The notes below the pieces were generated by a model. That model saw nothing but the letters and a program-made list of their open reading frames with translations, was not told the DNA's origin and did not search any database. 64,000 bases of DNA from Phoronis australis (Eukaryota; Animalia; Phoronida), in contig NMRA01000333.1 in assembly GCA_002633005.1 (NCBI GenBank), forward strand, positions 248,001-312,000. The letters are read 5' to 3'. The position numbers and the translations under genes are program-made. Positions 27,001 through 42,000 of this stretch are shown here, piece after piece; position 1 is the stretch's first letter, and each line of letters begins with the position of its first letter.

Positions 27001-30000
27001 ATAGCAGAAACTAAACACTCTCTGGGGACTAGAATTAAAAAACACTCTCTAAGTTGGATAAACCCACTGGCATTGGTAAACACACCATCAACACTGACAA
27101 TACTGTGGACAGGGACAATGCCCCAGTTCTAACCAGAGAGGAACATTGGTTCTCTCGAAACTTTAAAGAAACCGTCTTTATCAGGACCAGACAGCCCACT
27201 ATGAACCGAGACCAAGGTCTACAGCTCCCCCGGGTATGTGACCCCATTCTAGATCCGGGTCAACAAAATGCACGAAATCCATTAGCTGAAAAAGACTCTT
27301 AGGTGAGCGTGGAAATATCCCAGTCGCCAACAAAAAAAAGTTCATAGTAAGTGAATTTCTACTTGCTCAACATCATCACAAACTATGAAAAACCTATTTT
27401 ATTGCGGAATGCTGTTAATTTCAAGAATGACTGGAAATAACTATAGAAGTACCAAAACCATTACAGAATGGCTCAGCCATTTCACTAACTTTCCTGTTCA
27501 TCCCCTTCATTCTCAGATACAATGAAAGACAATGAATTTGACTTCCATCCAGCCATCATGACAGGGAATTCTGGGTCTTTTTGTCTGAATACTTTTGGCA
27601 TGTAGTGTAAACCCCAGTAGGAAAATGTTAATTGCCACTAACTCCAGTCTTTTATTCATTCATTTATTTATTTTATTTCTTTATTTTTTATTTAGATTTG
27701 TCGTGAAACAAGAGTAAAAGGTAGAAAATGGTTTTAATAACATGTGCCTCCTGTCAACAATTCACGTCATTTTACGCTCATTACATAATCTTTCACCACT
27801 CTAGTTCTGCATTACACTAGGAAATAAACACCATGGGAAAACAAAACAACACTGCTAAGTTCAGAATGACAGCGTAACCTTTAATGAACATTCTTAATTA
27901 CCTTTTAATGAAGTCGTGAACTTCAAACTCCTGCTCTGAGTAGCTAACGGATGACAATTCTTCCTGCTCAACTACAGAGAAAAAAAATCCATTTTAGTCT
28001 CATGTATGACACAAAATACGTGACTTTTCACAAACCACGCAGCTTGTGTTGATTTAAATAACCATCTGGAGTCAGCAAAAACAACACTTAAATAAAAACA
28101 GATGATGTAAAAAGGAAAAGACTGCAATTAAAAACAAGTTGAAATCAAAATAATACTAGGCTTAATGATATATAAAAGGAGCATGAGTCACAAAGACCGA
28201 GCAAGGACTTAGCTGAGTGTACTTAACATTCCAATTAAACCAGCATTAACATCAATCAGCTCAATATATTTTATAGTGATATAATTACAGTTTTCATAGT
28301 AATGCAGGCAATTCCAGTATATTTTTGAGTTGAAAGTTGAAATATCAAGAGTCAGTAACACCCCTCACAATTTAACTTGGGAACATTACATTTCTGGAGA
28401 CAATTGTGCTCAATTATGTACACTTTATTAACTACAAAAAGATATGTAGAACTTTTTTAGTTATTTTCATGAAAACACAATTACAAGTTTTATATAAAAC
28501 GTAAACACAAAATTAATAAAAAATAACAGTTCCTCAAATGGGAAGAGTTAAATTCATTTCATAAAGACACTTTAATAAAGACTTCAGAAAGAAAGTTGGT
28601 CTTGCACCACAAACAACTGAAATTAAATCTCACTTTTGCAAAAATAAAAAACCTCTGAGAATATACCCATAACCTCTAGTTCAGAGGTAATTTGTGTAAA
28701 TTATTTCTACGTGGTGTTGGTAATTTCACGACTTATAAACCCATATTCAGTGACTGAGGACATTTCTGTCATAAGCCTTAAGTCTTCGTGAAACAAACCC
28801 CTATCACAAAACTGTAATCCTTTGCCTTATGTTCTATTAACTACGCAATGCCCAATGGTGGCCTTAACTCTCGCCAATTTCCAATCCCATCTCCGCTATT
28901 TAACAATAAGTCATTCATCTTGCGCAACAACGTTTCCCTCTATCCACAAAAACATGAGTCGTACATATCCCGTGAATCCCAAGAATGAGTGTTGCCACAA
29001 GACATGACGGTGGGGTTAATATTGCTCAGACAACTGTTAGTCAAATCCACAATAGTTAAGAGTTGGATATTTCAACAATAACAACTTTCAGTGTGGTGCC
29101 AAACAGAATTCATCTTAATAAGGCAACTGTGATTGGTCTCAAACAACATAACAGCGCCAAAGAAGAAATCCATTTCGAATAGGTAATAGACCATTAACAA
29201 AACATCCACCCTCTCTGCTACCGGTCAAGTATGTCGTCTCCTAAGTAAGCTCTTTCTTCATTGGCCGTGTTCAACAAGGATACCACACCAAGAAGTACTA
29301 CAATTGATTTGTAACCAATGCTGCACCAAATGTTCAGGGTCAAGCACTTCAACCGTGGAGTTCTACTGTTGTAGACCAAGTTGTTATAAAGCTCACTGAT
29401 TGGTTAATATGAACTTATTGCTTTGTTGCTACATAGACAACTAGCGTGGAAAAAAATTAGCGTCTACAAGTGAGAGTACATTTTACAGCAGCATAGGAAC
29501 CAGACAGACAGACATCATGTCCGACTACACCAGAATCCCACTACATTCCCCCTTTACCTTCATCGTCTGGTCCACCCTCTTCCTCCTCAATGCTCCCTTC
29601 ATTCTGAGTTGGATTTGTATTATTATTATTACCTATTAAATAATGAAAAATACATAATTTGCACATTTAAAAATCCCAAAATTAAACCTGAAAGGCACAA
29701 TAATCAAGTAGCAGAAGTCTGTTATCAAAAAATTGAAATGATCCTCGTATTCTTGCTGTTTTCAATAGCGCAGACTAAGAAAAACACAAATCACAACAAA
29801 TCTGAGATTATCAAAGTCTGGGACAATGTGAAAATTACTTTTACAATAAATTATTCTTAATATATTCTCAGGGCTTGGAATGACCAATGACGAACTACGC
29901 GGAAACTTTTACGGCCCAAAACATGCGCGCTTCCCGGCCCGAAATAGCGAGGATGTGGACCCTTTGCTGGCAAAAATGGGAAGGACTAAAAAATATAAAA

Positions 30001-33000
30001 AAAAACGGTACCACCTCTAGAAGCGTGTGTATGCGTCTTTTTAGCTGGCCCGTCCACTCCCGCCTCCGCACATTTTTGGCTGCAGTGTCGTGGTATTTGT
30101 CACCACAATTTACAATCGCATGAGATGCCATTGAAAAATCCACCACGCTATCCCAGATGCCCCGGCAATATTGACAATTTACGTTCCTCCGAAACATAAA
30201 GAGCAACATCCGCTTTTCGAGGTGAACGTCGTCTGCAACGCCGCGGTAAGAAAGGAATTTGCCGCGGAAATTTTNAGCTCTTTCTTCATTGGCCGTGTTC
30301 AACAAGGATACCACACCAAGAAGTACTACAATTGATTTATAACCAATGCTGCACCAAATGTTCAGGGTCAACCACTTCAACCGTGGAGTTCTACTGTTGT
30401 AGACCAAGTTGTTATAAAGCTCACTGATTGGTTAATGTGAACTCATTGCTTTGTTGCTACATAGACAACTAGCGTGGAAAAAAATTAGCGTTTACCAGTG
30501 AGAGTACATTTCACAGCAGCATAGGAACCAGACAGACAGACATCATGTCCGACTACACCAGAATCCCACTACATTCCCCCTTTACCTTCATCGTCTGCTC
30601 CACCCTCTTCCTCCTCAATGCTCCCTTCATTCTGAGTTGGATTTGTATTATTATTATTACCTATTAAATAATGAAAAATACATAATTTGCACATTTAAAA
30701 ATCCAAAAATTAAACCTGAAAGGCACAATAATCAAGTAGCAGAAGTCTGCTATCAAAACTGAAATGATCCTTGTATTCTTGCTGTTTTCAATAGTGCAGA
30801 CTAAGAAAAACCAAACACAAATCACAACAAATCTGAGATTATCAAAGTCTGGGACAATGTGAAAATTACTTTTACAATAAATTATTCTTAATATATTCTC
30901 AGGGCTTGGAATGACCAATGACGAACTACGCGGAAACTTTTACGGCACAAAACATGCGCGCTTCCCGGCCCGAAATAGCGAGGATGTGGACCCTTTGCTG
31001 GCAAAAATGGGAAGGACTAAAAAATATAAAAAAAACGGTACCACCTCTAGAAGCGTGTGTATGCGTCTTTTTAGCTGGCCCGTCCACTCCCGCCTCCGCA
31101 CATTTTTGGCTGCAGTGTCGTGGTATTTGTCACCACGATTTACAATCGCATGAGATGCCATTGAAAAATCCACCACGCTATCCCAGATGCCCCGGCAATA
31201 TTGACAATTTACGTTCCTCCGAAACATAAAGAGCAACATCCGCTTTTCGAGGTGAACGTCGTCTGCAACGCCGCAGTAAGAAAGGAATTTGCCGCGGAAA
31301 TTTTGAATCAAATCTGATTTTTTTTACGCGGAAATATAATAAAATACGTGGACAGCACATTTGAAAAAAGCGGGAATCCGCATTTCTGCGGAAAATTCCA
31401 AGCCTTGATTCTCTAATTATATAAATATGCAATTATTTTCAGACTTATATTCATTATGTCACATGATGTGGCCATAAGTTGTGTGCTGACAAGACTTAAC
31501 AAGAGCAACGTGGAGCGTAGAAATGCACCCACGAATGCATCGCAAATGGTGTGCTTTTAGGGTTATTTATTTATATCATAGAAATGGCCACTAGATGGCA
31601 CAAAAACATACAATCCATCCAAATACAGCTATGGATGCAAAACAAAACAGAGCTACCACTAGGAAGCGCCACAGTAGTCAGTCGCCATCATCAAACGTCC
31701 TTTTCACACTGAAAACATTTCAATTTTCAAAATCATCCCTAGGATTTGGTTGACCAGCAGCAAAAATGGCCACTAAGTGGCGCAAAATACCTAGATTCCA
31801 TCCAAAAACAAGAGCAAAGCGTCATCTCTTTAATTTTATGAAAATCTGTTTTGGACCTTTGAAGATACAGAGGCAAATATAACAAACTAAAATTGCCACT
31901 AGGGGGCACACGAGTGGTCAGATCCATCCGAAAGTCGTCGTTGTTCGTTGTCAACATCATATAAATACACTTGCTAAATCAAGTAAAGATCCTGCAAACG
32001 GTTTAGGAAATACAGCCATGAGCGCAAAAAAACTGCCAACAGGAGGCGCCACAGTAATAGAAGTTAGAAAATCATCGTCAGCCGTCCACTTCATTGTTAA
32101 AACATACATGCCAACTTTCACAACTATCCTGAAAGCAGTTTGGTTGATAGACGAGTGGACGCCAAAAACAGACTCGAAAACAGTAAAAATGGCCACTAGG
32201 TGGTGCAAACTAGATCGAATCCATCTGAAAATAGAGAGATGGCATCACCTCATTAACAGATGCCTGTATGCCAAATTTTATGAAAATACATTGAGGACCT
32301 TTGAAGATAGAGAAGTAAACGTAAAAAAATAAAATTGCCACTAGGTGGCACACCAGTAGTCAGATCTGTCTGATAGTCGTCATCCTGCGTTATTAGCATC
32401 ATATAAATGCACTTACTAAATTTAGTAAAGATCCTGCAAATGGTTTAGGAGATACAGCCATAAGCGCAAAAAAAACAAAATTGCCACTAAGAGGCGCCAC
32501 AGTAGTTGAAGTAGTCGAAAAACCATCGTCAGCCGTCCACTTCATAGTAAGAACATTCATGACAATTTTCGCAATCATCCTTTGAGCGATTTGGTTGATG
32601 GAGGGATGGACGCGAAAACAGAAAAATGGCCACTGGGTGGCGCAAAATACCTCGAATCCATCCGAAAACGAAAGGATAGCGTCATCTCATTAATAGATGC
32701 CTATGTGCCAAATTTTATGAAAATCGGTTGAGGACCTTTCAAGATACAAAGCAAATGTAAAAAACTAAAATTGCCACCAGGGGGCACAGCGGTATTCAGG
32801 TCGGTCCGAAACTCTTCACCCTCTGTCATCAACCCCAAAGGAACACACCTGCCAAATTTCAATAAGATCCTGCAAGGGGTTTAGGAGATACAGCCGTGGA
32901 CGCCAGACGCCCGGACAGAGATGACGGCAATATGCATCCACATATCAATATGTGGGCGCACAAAAATGTTTGCGACATTCTCAAATTCTAAACACTTTAG

Positions 33001-36000
33001 TGAGTAAATAGGGTAAATTAGGTCGAAATATCATTCTTTAGTTCACTGATGCATGATAAAAATATTGACAACGAATGCATTTAAACAATCGACTCACTAG
33101 GGAGGTTGGTGAAAAAGACCTCTCTAAGAGCCATAAACTCCTCTTCAGGTGAAATATCCGCCGTACCAAACACGCTGCCTTCAGGCCATACCTCCCTGAA
33201 ATGTGTGAAAACGGAGTATAACAACAGAGCAGTGGAACACATATTTGCATATTTAGACCCTTGCACCAATGTCAAAATAGCAATTTATCCAAGAAGTACT
33301 TTAATTCATATCAGTGTATCGTTCGTGGTCAGGCAGATCTCAATTGGGCAGTAAGGGGAAGAAAACATTTCGTTTTCATTGGGCACGTTTTGGAATGCCG
33401 GACACATTTTCACAGGTCACGTCGGAAACCGCAGAGGTGCATGGCTATGGAAATATTCCTGTTGTCAATCGGTTAGAAGTACTGGAATTGAAAAGGTAAA
33501 GGTATTCTGTTGGGTTCGAAATTAACTTGATGAACTTGTTTTACCCGCTGGCTCTGCATTTTCTTGTCTTTGATTGATGTCAGAAAAGCAACGAACATCC
33601 CGCATCTACAGAAGTTTGTCAAGTTTTTTTAAAAGTTACTCCCATCAGAGTTGCAGTGCACAGCACATCGGTAATACTTTGTTAGCATTGGAAGGATGAA
33701 TAGAGTAATGCAGTCAAGAAAATAACTTAAGGGACTCCAATGGAGCGAAAATGCTATTGGATACCATTGATTTGCAGAAGGTTCAACGACAACTCATAAT
33801 AATGGTCGGTCACCCCTTCAAATTAAATTGCTCCTGTGTACCTGGCTGCCCTGAACAGTGCAACAGCCTGCCCTGCATTCTGGTTACGTAATGCTTCGTG
33901 TATGGACAACATGGCATTCACTCTCTGTTGCTCCATGTCGACCTCGGATGCTGCATCAAATGGGGACACGCCCTCGGGGACGTCGCCACGACCTTGAAAG
34001 ATGTCGGACAGGTCTTCAGAGACGTCATCCCACATGGATTCCAGTTCTTGCTCAGAAAACATGGAAGACGCCGACTCGGCATTTTCAGCTAGAACAAGAG
34101 GAGTCATGTGACAAAATAAAATAAAAGTGACAATGTACATGTGGAGTATGTCAAATTTTCCCAGGGGTATAGGAGTTTAGGTAGGATGTCTTATATACGT
34201 TTGATTCCCTTCGTCTGATTGACAGTAAGCTATGTGCATGGTTCATAACACTTCATATGCAATCTCATAAAAGAATTTTTGTTTTCAATTGCAAAGGCGA
34301 AATATTTTGCCACAAAAAATGAGAGCATTCAACATTGAATATAGAGAAAGGTATAACAATCCAACGTAGCCATCTCAGAGGAGTAAAGGTAAGACCTAAC
34401 CAGATACCTTTTACAGTGCGTCAGGTGAGAAAAGAGGCCACAAGACAGAGACAGTTTTACGCTCACATAAAATATTTCTGAGATCATCATGATTTTAGGA
34501 ATATGTAGTTTCATTAAAACTTTGAACTTTAAAAAGAAGTGCGACCCCCTGAAATGACGAAGCTTGAGACTTGAACCTGCCTTACCATTGGCTGGTTGAT
34601 TTATCTTCTTTTTCTGCTTCTTCGCCTTCTTTTTCTGCACGATTACGTGACTCGTCGTTTTACAATAGTGCTCCAACATCTTCATAAACAGGTGAGTGGT
34701 CTCAATTAGATTCTTCAAAAATGTCCTGTGAGTAAACACAACACAACACATGTCAGCAATCAGAAACATAAAATCTATGAATTAGCAAAGCATTACTGGT
34801 GTATTTCAAGAACAACCGGAAAACTTAACATTCTTTTCTGAAATTTTAAGATAAATCACTATAGAAATTCTTCATGTATTCTTCCTCAATGCCAACAGAG
34901 GTCACTCTACAAGACATCATTTACTGCTGAACTAGAGAAACATTAAATTCCCTAAACATGTTTTCTTTACAGTTTAAATGACAGCTAAACTTACTTAACC
35001 ATAATAGTCAATATCAGGGGCCCGCATTTTTAGAACCAGTTCCTCCACTGTGTAATGGGTATCAAATTGGTTCCCAAAGTGATCAGACCCTAGGGAACTT
35101 CTGCTAGAATCAATTACGATAATTATATTGCCCCAGTATACTCACCTTGACTGTTTAGTCTGGTCAAACTTCTTGATCAACATTAGAAATACATCTCGGT
35201 ATTCCATAAGGTAAAATATATTACCTGTTACAAACGACAAAAACACGCATTAGAGATAATTCACCAAATTGCGATATTTTTTTGCAAATGAAATGATAAA
35301 ATCTTGAATAGTTTCCAATAGACAAAAGAATTCATTTAAAAAGACATGCCATTGACTCTAGTTATTCTCAGGCATGCGAAGCTAAGTGAAACGAAAAAAT
35401 AGATGCCATCAACATCAGCATTAGCATCAGCATCAGCATTAGCATCAGCATCAGTATTAGTATCAGTATTAGTATCAGTATTAGTATCAGTATTAGTATC
35501 AGTATTAGTATCAGTATTAGTATCAGTATCAGTATCAGTATCACTATTAAGGCCAAAAGGCAAAGTTGGTTCAGGTCTTTTTAAACAATAGTTAGTGGTG
35601 TGGTATTTTTTGTAGTCAACTTTTTCAAAACAATGCAACGTGAGCACAAGCTGCGTAGTGTGGACATCAAGTGTGTGAGGCGGGTTATCACAAGCAGGAA
35701 ATTATGCCTCACTTGACAAACAAAGACATTTAAAAACTCGCTTACGTGACTTTGCGGGACTTTTCAAACAAACAATTAGAAAAATGTTTGTGATCTTGGC
35801 TGAAACTGACACATGTGGGCACTTTTTTCTTCAAGTAGTGAGGCACGGGTTTCAAAATGCTAAGACTTTGTTTGGCCTAATAACATAGCAGACGGCTCCA
35901 AGTCTCCCCCTTACTTTTGATGACCTTTGCACTGTCCCTCAACTGCTGGTCACTATTCCTGTCCATCTCATTCAGGGTCAATAGCAGCTCTTGGTACGCA

Positions 36001-39000
36001 CGCAGAGCAAGATGCATCCTCTTAGACCACGTCAGCGCCATCTTCTTGTCAGAGAGGATCATGTCGTGATACGTTGTCAGATTCGTCTGGATATAGTGGA
36101 ATGTCGGTATGGACAGGGTCTCACTGAAATATTGAACACCACTGTCTTGTATTGGTTTTAAGTTCATGCAAGAAGAATTGTTTAGCTTACATGAGTTTTC
36201 AAAATATGCTGGACAATGCCAAACTTCAATAAAATTTTGAGGCACACAATTGGTAATAATACATCAAGACAAATCTAGAAGCAAATTCTAATGCTTTTGC
36301 ACCTGACTGTTTTGTCTGGCTATAATTCTGTCATAAAAAAGGTCAACAATTTTAGAGAAAAAGTTAATTTGACAAACAAGAATCAAATCTAAAATAATCA
36401 AATGTGTATCGTCCCATCCCACCCCTTGTACAAACCTAATGACATCGACCCTAAAGTTGTGCAATCTTGAGAATTCCATAAAGAATCGTATGGCCCACAA
36501 ATAGTACGTCTCGTCGTTATCTTGGGTTTTCTCATGCATCAAATTGTCCTGAAAAAACAAAAAATTCACGATTTTTGAAATACTTGCGAAGGAAAAACTC
36601 TGTGATTACCAAAGACTTTCTCTAATCTCTCTACCAGTTATGATAAACGTGCGTATGCTATCACTGTCAGTCGTTTAAAGTTGCTTGAGGTCAAAAGTCA
36701 CATTTTCCATATAAAGGAAGCGTGCTACGTCTATGTCTTGCCATGCCAAATAAAGAGATGTGCTTTGCCTTGTGGGGGAAAATCAACAAAGCGGGGAGCA
36801 GTTGACAAATATTTTGTTTTGAAATTTAAAACTAAAAGAAAATGCTTTGATATCAACAGAAATTAAAAATCTTTACAACTAAACCCCAAAAATACCTGGT
36901 GAGCTGGTTGAATTATTTCAGAGGCATAGAACCACTTTTAATGTTGCAATTTAGTCTGTTTATCATGCTCTAGACCTCTCTAAGTGGCTAGAATAATTGA
37001 TCATTAAATTTTAGAGCACAAGTATGTACCACCAAGACACAGGGCAAGCACACACCCTCAAATTTCATGCCTAATCTCTTGCGTCTGTATTCTGGAGTAG
37101 CCAATAGGGGTCTCTGCAAGTTTATAGTTCTTCTAAAACTTTCTATACATTCTCCCACTTATTTTTTAAAATTCTGTCTCCATGACGATGGACTAAATGT
37201 ATTAGTATTTTTTCTCTTCGTTTCCAAACTGAATATCAAGCAGGTTTTACATTACGTGCCTCACAAGAGCATGTTGTGATTTCCACAACAGTATACGAGA
37301 AGTCTAAAAAAGTTCTATTTCCCAAAAGCTTGTGCAGTTTTTAATATCATTTGCTTAAATAAATATTTGCTTCCAACATACACAAATGTTAAATAGATGT
37401 TTGAAGAATTATGACCCGTAGTCATGGAATCAATTACAAAAAATGTTTCTTAGCATCCATTAGCTTCCAACAACATATGTGATGCGTTCTTACAAAAGTT
37501 GTGCACTCACCTTGACAGCATACATCAGTGGGTTGTAGCAGTTATCAAGAAACTGAACACAAAAATCCTTTAGCAGAAGTCTGATACTCAACGTTGACCT
37601 ACGCGTGAATTCCTTCTCTGTGATTGGCTTGCGATTCTTAGGTTTCTTTTTCGGTCGTTTGTCATGATCGAAGGAGATGTTCTCGGAGTCGCCCAACGAG
37701 CGATGATATATGAGCTCCCTATTACTAATGGACTGGAAATTCTGCACGACGTAAGTACCGCCGAAACGAGAGTGCCTAGTGTTGTACTTCATCATGTTGG
37801 CACGTTTCTCGGCGCGTTCCTTCTCACGCGCCATTCTCAACTCTCTGTAGAAACACAAACATTCAATATTTGACAGTTCATCCTTTCCTCACATCACATG
37901 TTTAACAGATAACAAATAACGACACATTGCAGACCTACTTTAAAGACGAAGTCTTGAGTTAACATGATGTTTTAACTGTGACTGTAAGACTCTGGTTTTC
38001 CATGTTCAGACAGATATGTTAATTGGCAAATATTCCCTTTTTCCCGTTTCGTAACTTAGCCAACTTCTCTTTACTATTTCAAAGTGATCAATAAAAACTT
38101 AACCTTACTTTTTCTTCTGAATTAAGCCACAGCTCCGTTTCACCGATAAATTACTGCACACCGTGTTTATTTTTTCTCAAAACGGTAGCAGAAAATGAAC
38201 AGTGAAAGAATGAGCAACTACTTAAACATGTCTGCTGCAAAACAATTGTCAATCCAATTTTGGCCAGAAAATGTACAATTTGATGTGTTTTGTTATCTAT
38301 AAACCAAAAATATTACAAAAAACTTTCTGTTATTGAGATATGGAAATTCTATTTGAGATCTTTATTCCATGAAAGAAGAAAGCTGGGTCTACTACACATA
38401 ACATTTAACATATCACCAGTTACGATGAAAGGCGAACTGCACATGTAAAATATAAAATACTAAATTTTAAGAATTAGCGTACTGTTCATCTCTTTCTTTT
38501 TCCGTCATGGATCGTGATGAACCAGCGTGAGCAAGCTGCTCAGGTGTCTGAAAATAAAAAGTCATGTGAACATTCAATGATTCAAGTTAAAACCTACATT
38601 CATTTTGACTTATCAACATAAGCTCATTTTTAACATGTATCAATTCTCATCATTTTCATCTCAACAATTCTGTACACCGCACTTGTCTTTATTAATTTAG
38701 ATGCACCTGTAGCATTCTTCCAATAGTTTACTCACTGTACTGTAGATGGCGTTCGTTTTCTGTAGTTACTACATGACTGGATAAATCAGCAAGATTTTAA
38801 CATCTGTTTTTCAACAGTATTTGTTAATATAACTTTGGAAGAGTTTGAAAGGACTTGGTGAAGATAAATAGGAGTCATTCTATGTACTAGTTATACCACA
38901 TTGTGAGTTCCTGCTGAAGTGTTATTGATATTGGAATGTTCCAGCTGTGTGTGTGGCACAATGCACGATGTTACTTTGTTAAATTTTCTGTCACGTAGCC

Positions 39001-42000
39001 TTACAGTGGGCTCTCGGCTTCTTACGAATCATGCGTCATTACTTTTAATGCACCTGTACTTACAATATGAATTCAGCTCACCTGTTCCCACAACATTTTA
39101 GAAATGCCTTATCATTATTGTGATGAATTCAGCTCACCTGTTCACGGAACATTCTAGAAGTGCCTTATCATTACTGTAATGAATTCAACTCACCTGTTCA
39201 CGGAACATCAGTGAAATGATCTCTAATGTGTGAATAGCATACTGTCGTTCTTCATCAGAGCTTGCTATGAATAACAACAAGTCCTCCATCCCACTCACAT
39301 GCATCGCCCTGAGATACAAGTCACATTTAATAAATGAATATGCCAAGACAGTAAATCGATAGTACAAAACTTTTTTAACATTCAAAACTGCATTGCATCG
39401 TGTTTGGGTAGCAAAGAACAAAATCAAATTACGAGTTCTTCTTTCATGAAATCATTCCTGTAACATTCCAAGTCATGATACGATTCTGTTTCAGCTACAA
39501 ACTCAAGTCAAAGGTAATGTATACTGTTGTATCGCAAGTTTGACAAATTAAAACAAGGATTAATCTTGAACTAACATTTATTGTGTTTGTCAACAGATCG
39601 TTGTTCCGGAAGTGTTCCATATTCTATTCAAATATGACAACACTACACATACATGTGCTATTTTCAGTTTTGAAATTTTAGGGTTGCCCTATCCCAATCA
39701 ACTGTAAAGAGTTTTCTTGAGTCAATGATGGTATCAATGTTGATAGAAATACAATCCTATGATAGTAGAGAATACCATAAGACCAATCTGATAAGGGTAA
39801 AAGACCAGGTTCTATCTTCATTCTAGCCTGCTTATCAGGATTAAATGCAGCTTTAACAGATTTTGTCAAAGTCCTTATGTTTCATAGACGTTATGGCAAA
39901 GCTAAGGAAAAAATTCAAAGTTGACACATAACACAACTTACCACAACACCTGGTCATGAACACTGGCATCATCATCTGTCCTCTGAAAAATTAACCACAG
40001 AAATGTGAATATTGTGAAATATTAACCATTAGGTGATAAAATAGGCCTTATTCACGCAGTCGCCATTTTAACAGTGAGCCTCATTTCAGGTTCAAAAAAC
40101 AATGCATTTGAGACATAAATGTAACAAGGCATGCAAAAAAATCACACTTTGTGTTGTGATTAAGCGCAAAATGCATTGATTTTAAAACCTAAAAAGAGGC
40201 TCACTTTTAAAATGGCGACTTGTGAATAAGATGTATAGTGCCAACAGGTGGTGCTCAAGTGACTGATAATACTCTTCCTGCCATGAACAATTATGAAACA
40301 TAATGTAAAACACAGGGTTATAATTCTGGAGGGATGACATAAACCCCACAATTTTAACCCAGGTCTGAAGTATTTGTGAAGGAAAAGACTTTTACATAAA
40401 TTATTAAAATTAATAACTTCAAGGACTGTTCCAAAGTTTCAAAACTTGAAATGCTTACCGTAATAATTTGAGCACTTTTCATGTCTGCGTGACCCTTAAA
40501 CCAGCAAACAACCTGTCAGAACTACTAAGTGCTGCTAGACCCGTCTATCAGCAAACACGTGAGAACTATAAGTCTAGACCTGCATACCAGCAGACAACAC
40601 ACAGGAACTCCAAGCCTACCTTTTCACTCGACAAGTTGGGTGCAACATGCAATACATTCCTGACGAGCACCAAGAGTCTTTCCAGGAGGATTTTATCTTC
40701 TTCTTCTCTGTTTTCCCACTCCTGAACAAAAGGACAAATGACATTTGACTAGCTTATTACAAACAAATGTTTTGACTTGACAGGTGACTGTCCAATGCCT
40801 GGGCTACATTCCATAGTCTGCGAGACATTAGCTGCAGATGACTGTCCAATACCTGGGCTGCATTCCATAGCCTGAAGAACATTTGCTTGCACAAGCACCG
40901 AAAATTCTTCAGTTATGGAAAACAAACAGAGAATTCAATCCAACAATGCAACAGTCCAACCTCGCCAGCCATGCACTTCAGTGGTCACTATATTTATAGC
41001 ACAGACTCCAGGGAATTCTAGTGAAACACTTGTTGTTTTTCACTTGCGTTATTTTGCGATGTCTTGCAAGATCTTGCTTTTCTCGCATAAAGCTAAGATA
41101 AAGGAATGCTCTCCTGTTCCCAGTATAATTGGTTCAGTTATTCCAACTTATCTTCTGATTCCAGGAGCTGATAACAACTTGTTAATTTACACAGGCAATT
41201 TTGGTGGTTAATAATTTATCAAAAAAGGATTTTCATGAATTCGTATGAACAGTATATGTTATAATTGGTTGATAAGAATTCATAATTAAAAGGTTCATAT
41301 AAATTTTTTTCTTAAGTTTCTCATTAACCTTGTTAATTTAAACGACACCTTAACACTGAGCAATGATAAATGATCAAAAGGTTTCCACGAGAGACGATTA
41401 AAACTGATAATCATTCATCATCAGCCTGACATGAATTCTTATCCACCCAAACGAGGGGTGTCAAAAATGCTGGTGTCAAGTTATTACATTACCAGCATCT
41501 GAAACAATGGTGCTTGGTTCAGTTTAGTTTCTGTTTAATAAAACAGCCATGAAAGGCAGCAAGGGCAGGTGTAGACAACATCATCTGCTTGCCGATGGAT
41601 GACTCACCAGCTGTAACAAATCTCCCAGCTTCTTGGTGAGCACAGCAAACAGGGCCTCGTTGGCGAACGCTTCCTTATAAAGACCCAGATGACTCTCTAT
41701 TTCCATGTACTGTACGCGCGTAGTTTTGTCCTCCGGAACTTCATTACGGAAACATAGTCGAGCGGGCTGCGTCAGGTTGACAAGAAGCCTAAAGACGACA
41801 AGAAAAATGCAAACTGTATTGTCATGTTTTCTCAACAGATGGCATCTCGGCTTCATTGATCATATTGGAAAATCACAGTAGTTTGAAACAGGGAATTTTA
41901 CATTTCTAATTTGCTACATAATGTTTACCACGACACATAGCACAAAAATGGCACTTGAGGTATGTTGTTGATGTGCTAACAGTGAAAGGCATTCTGTTCG

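Noticed and set aside
31890-32800. CRISPR-like periodic motif
   Set aside because: The intervening sequences are homologous repeats of about 125 bp, not unique spacers; eukaryotic context and no cas genes
35336-35647. Low-complexity ORFs (DTNT / ILIL / SVLV)
   Set aside because: Hexamer microsatellite inside an intron
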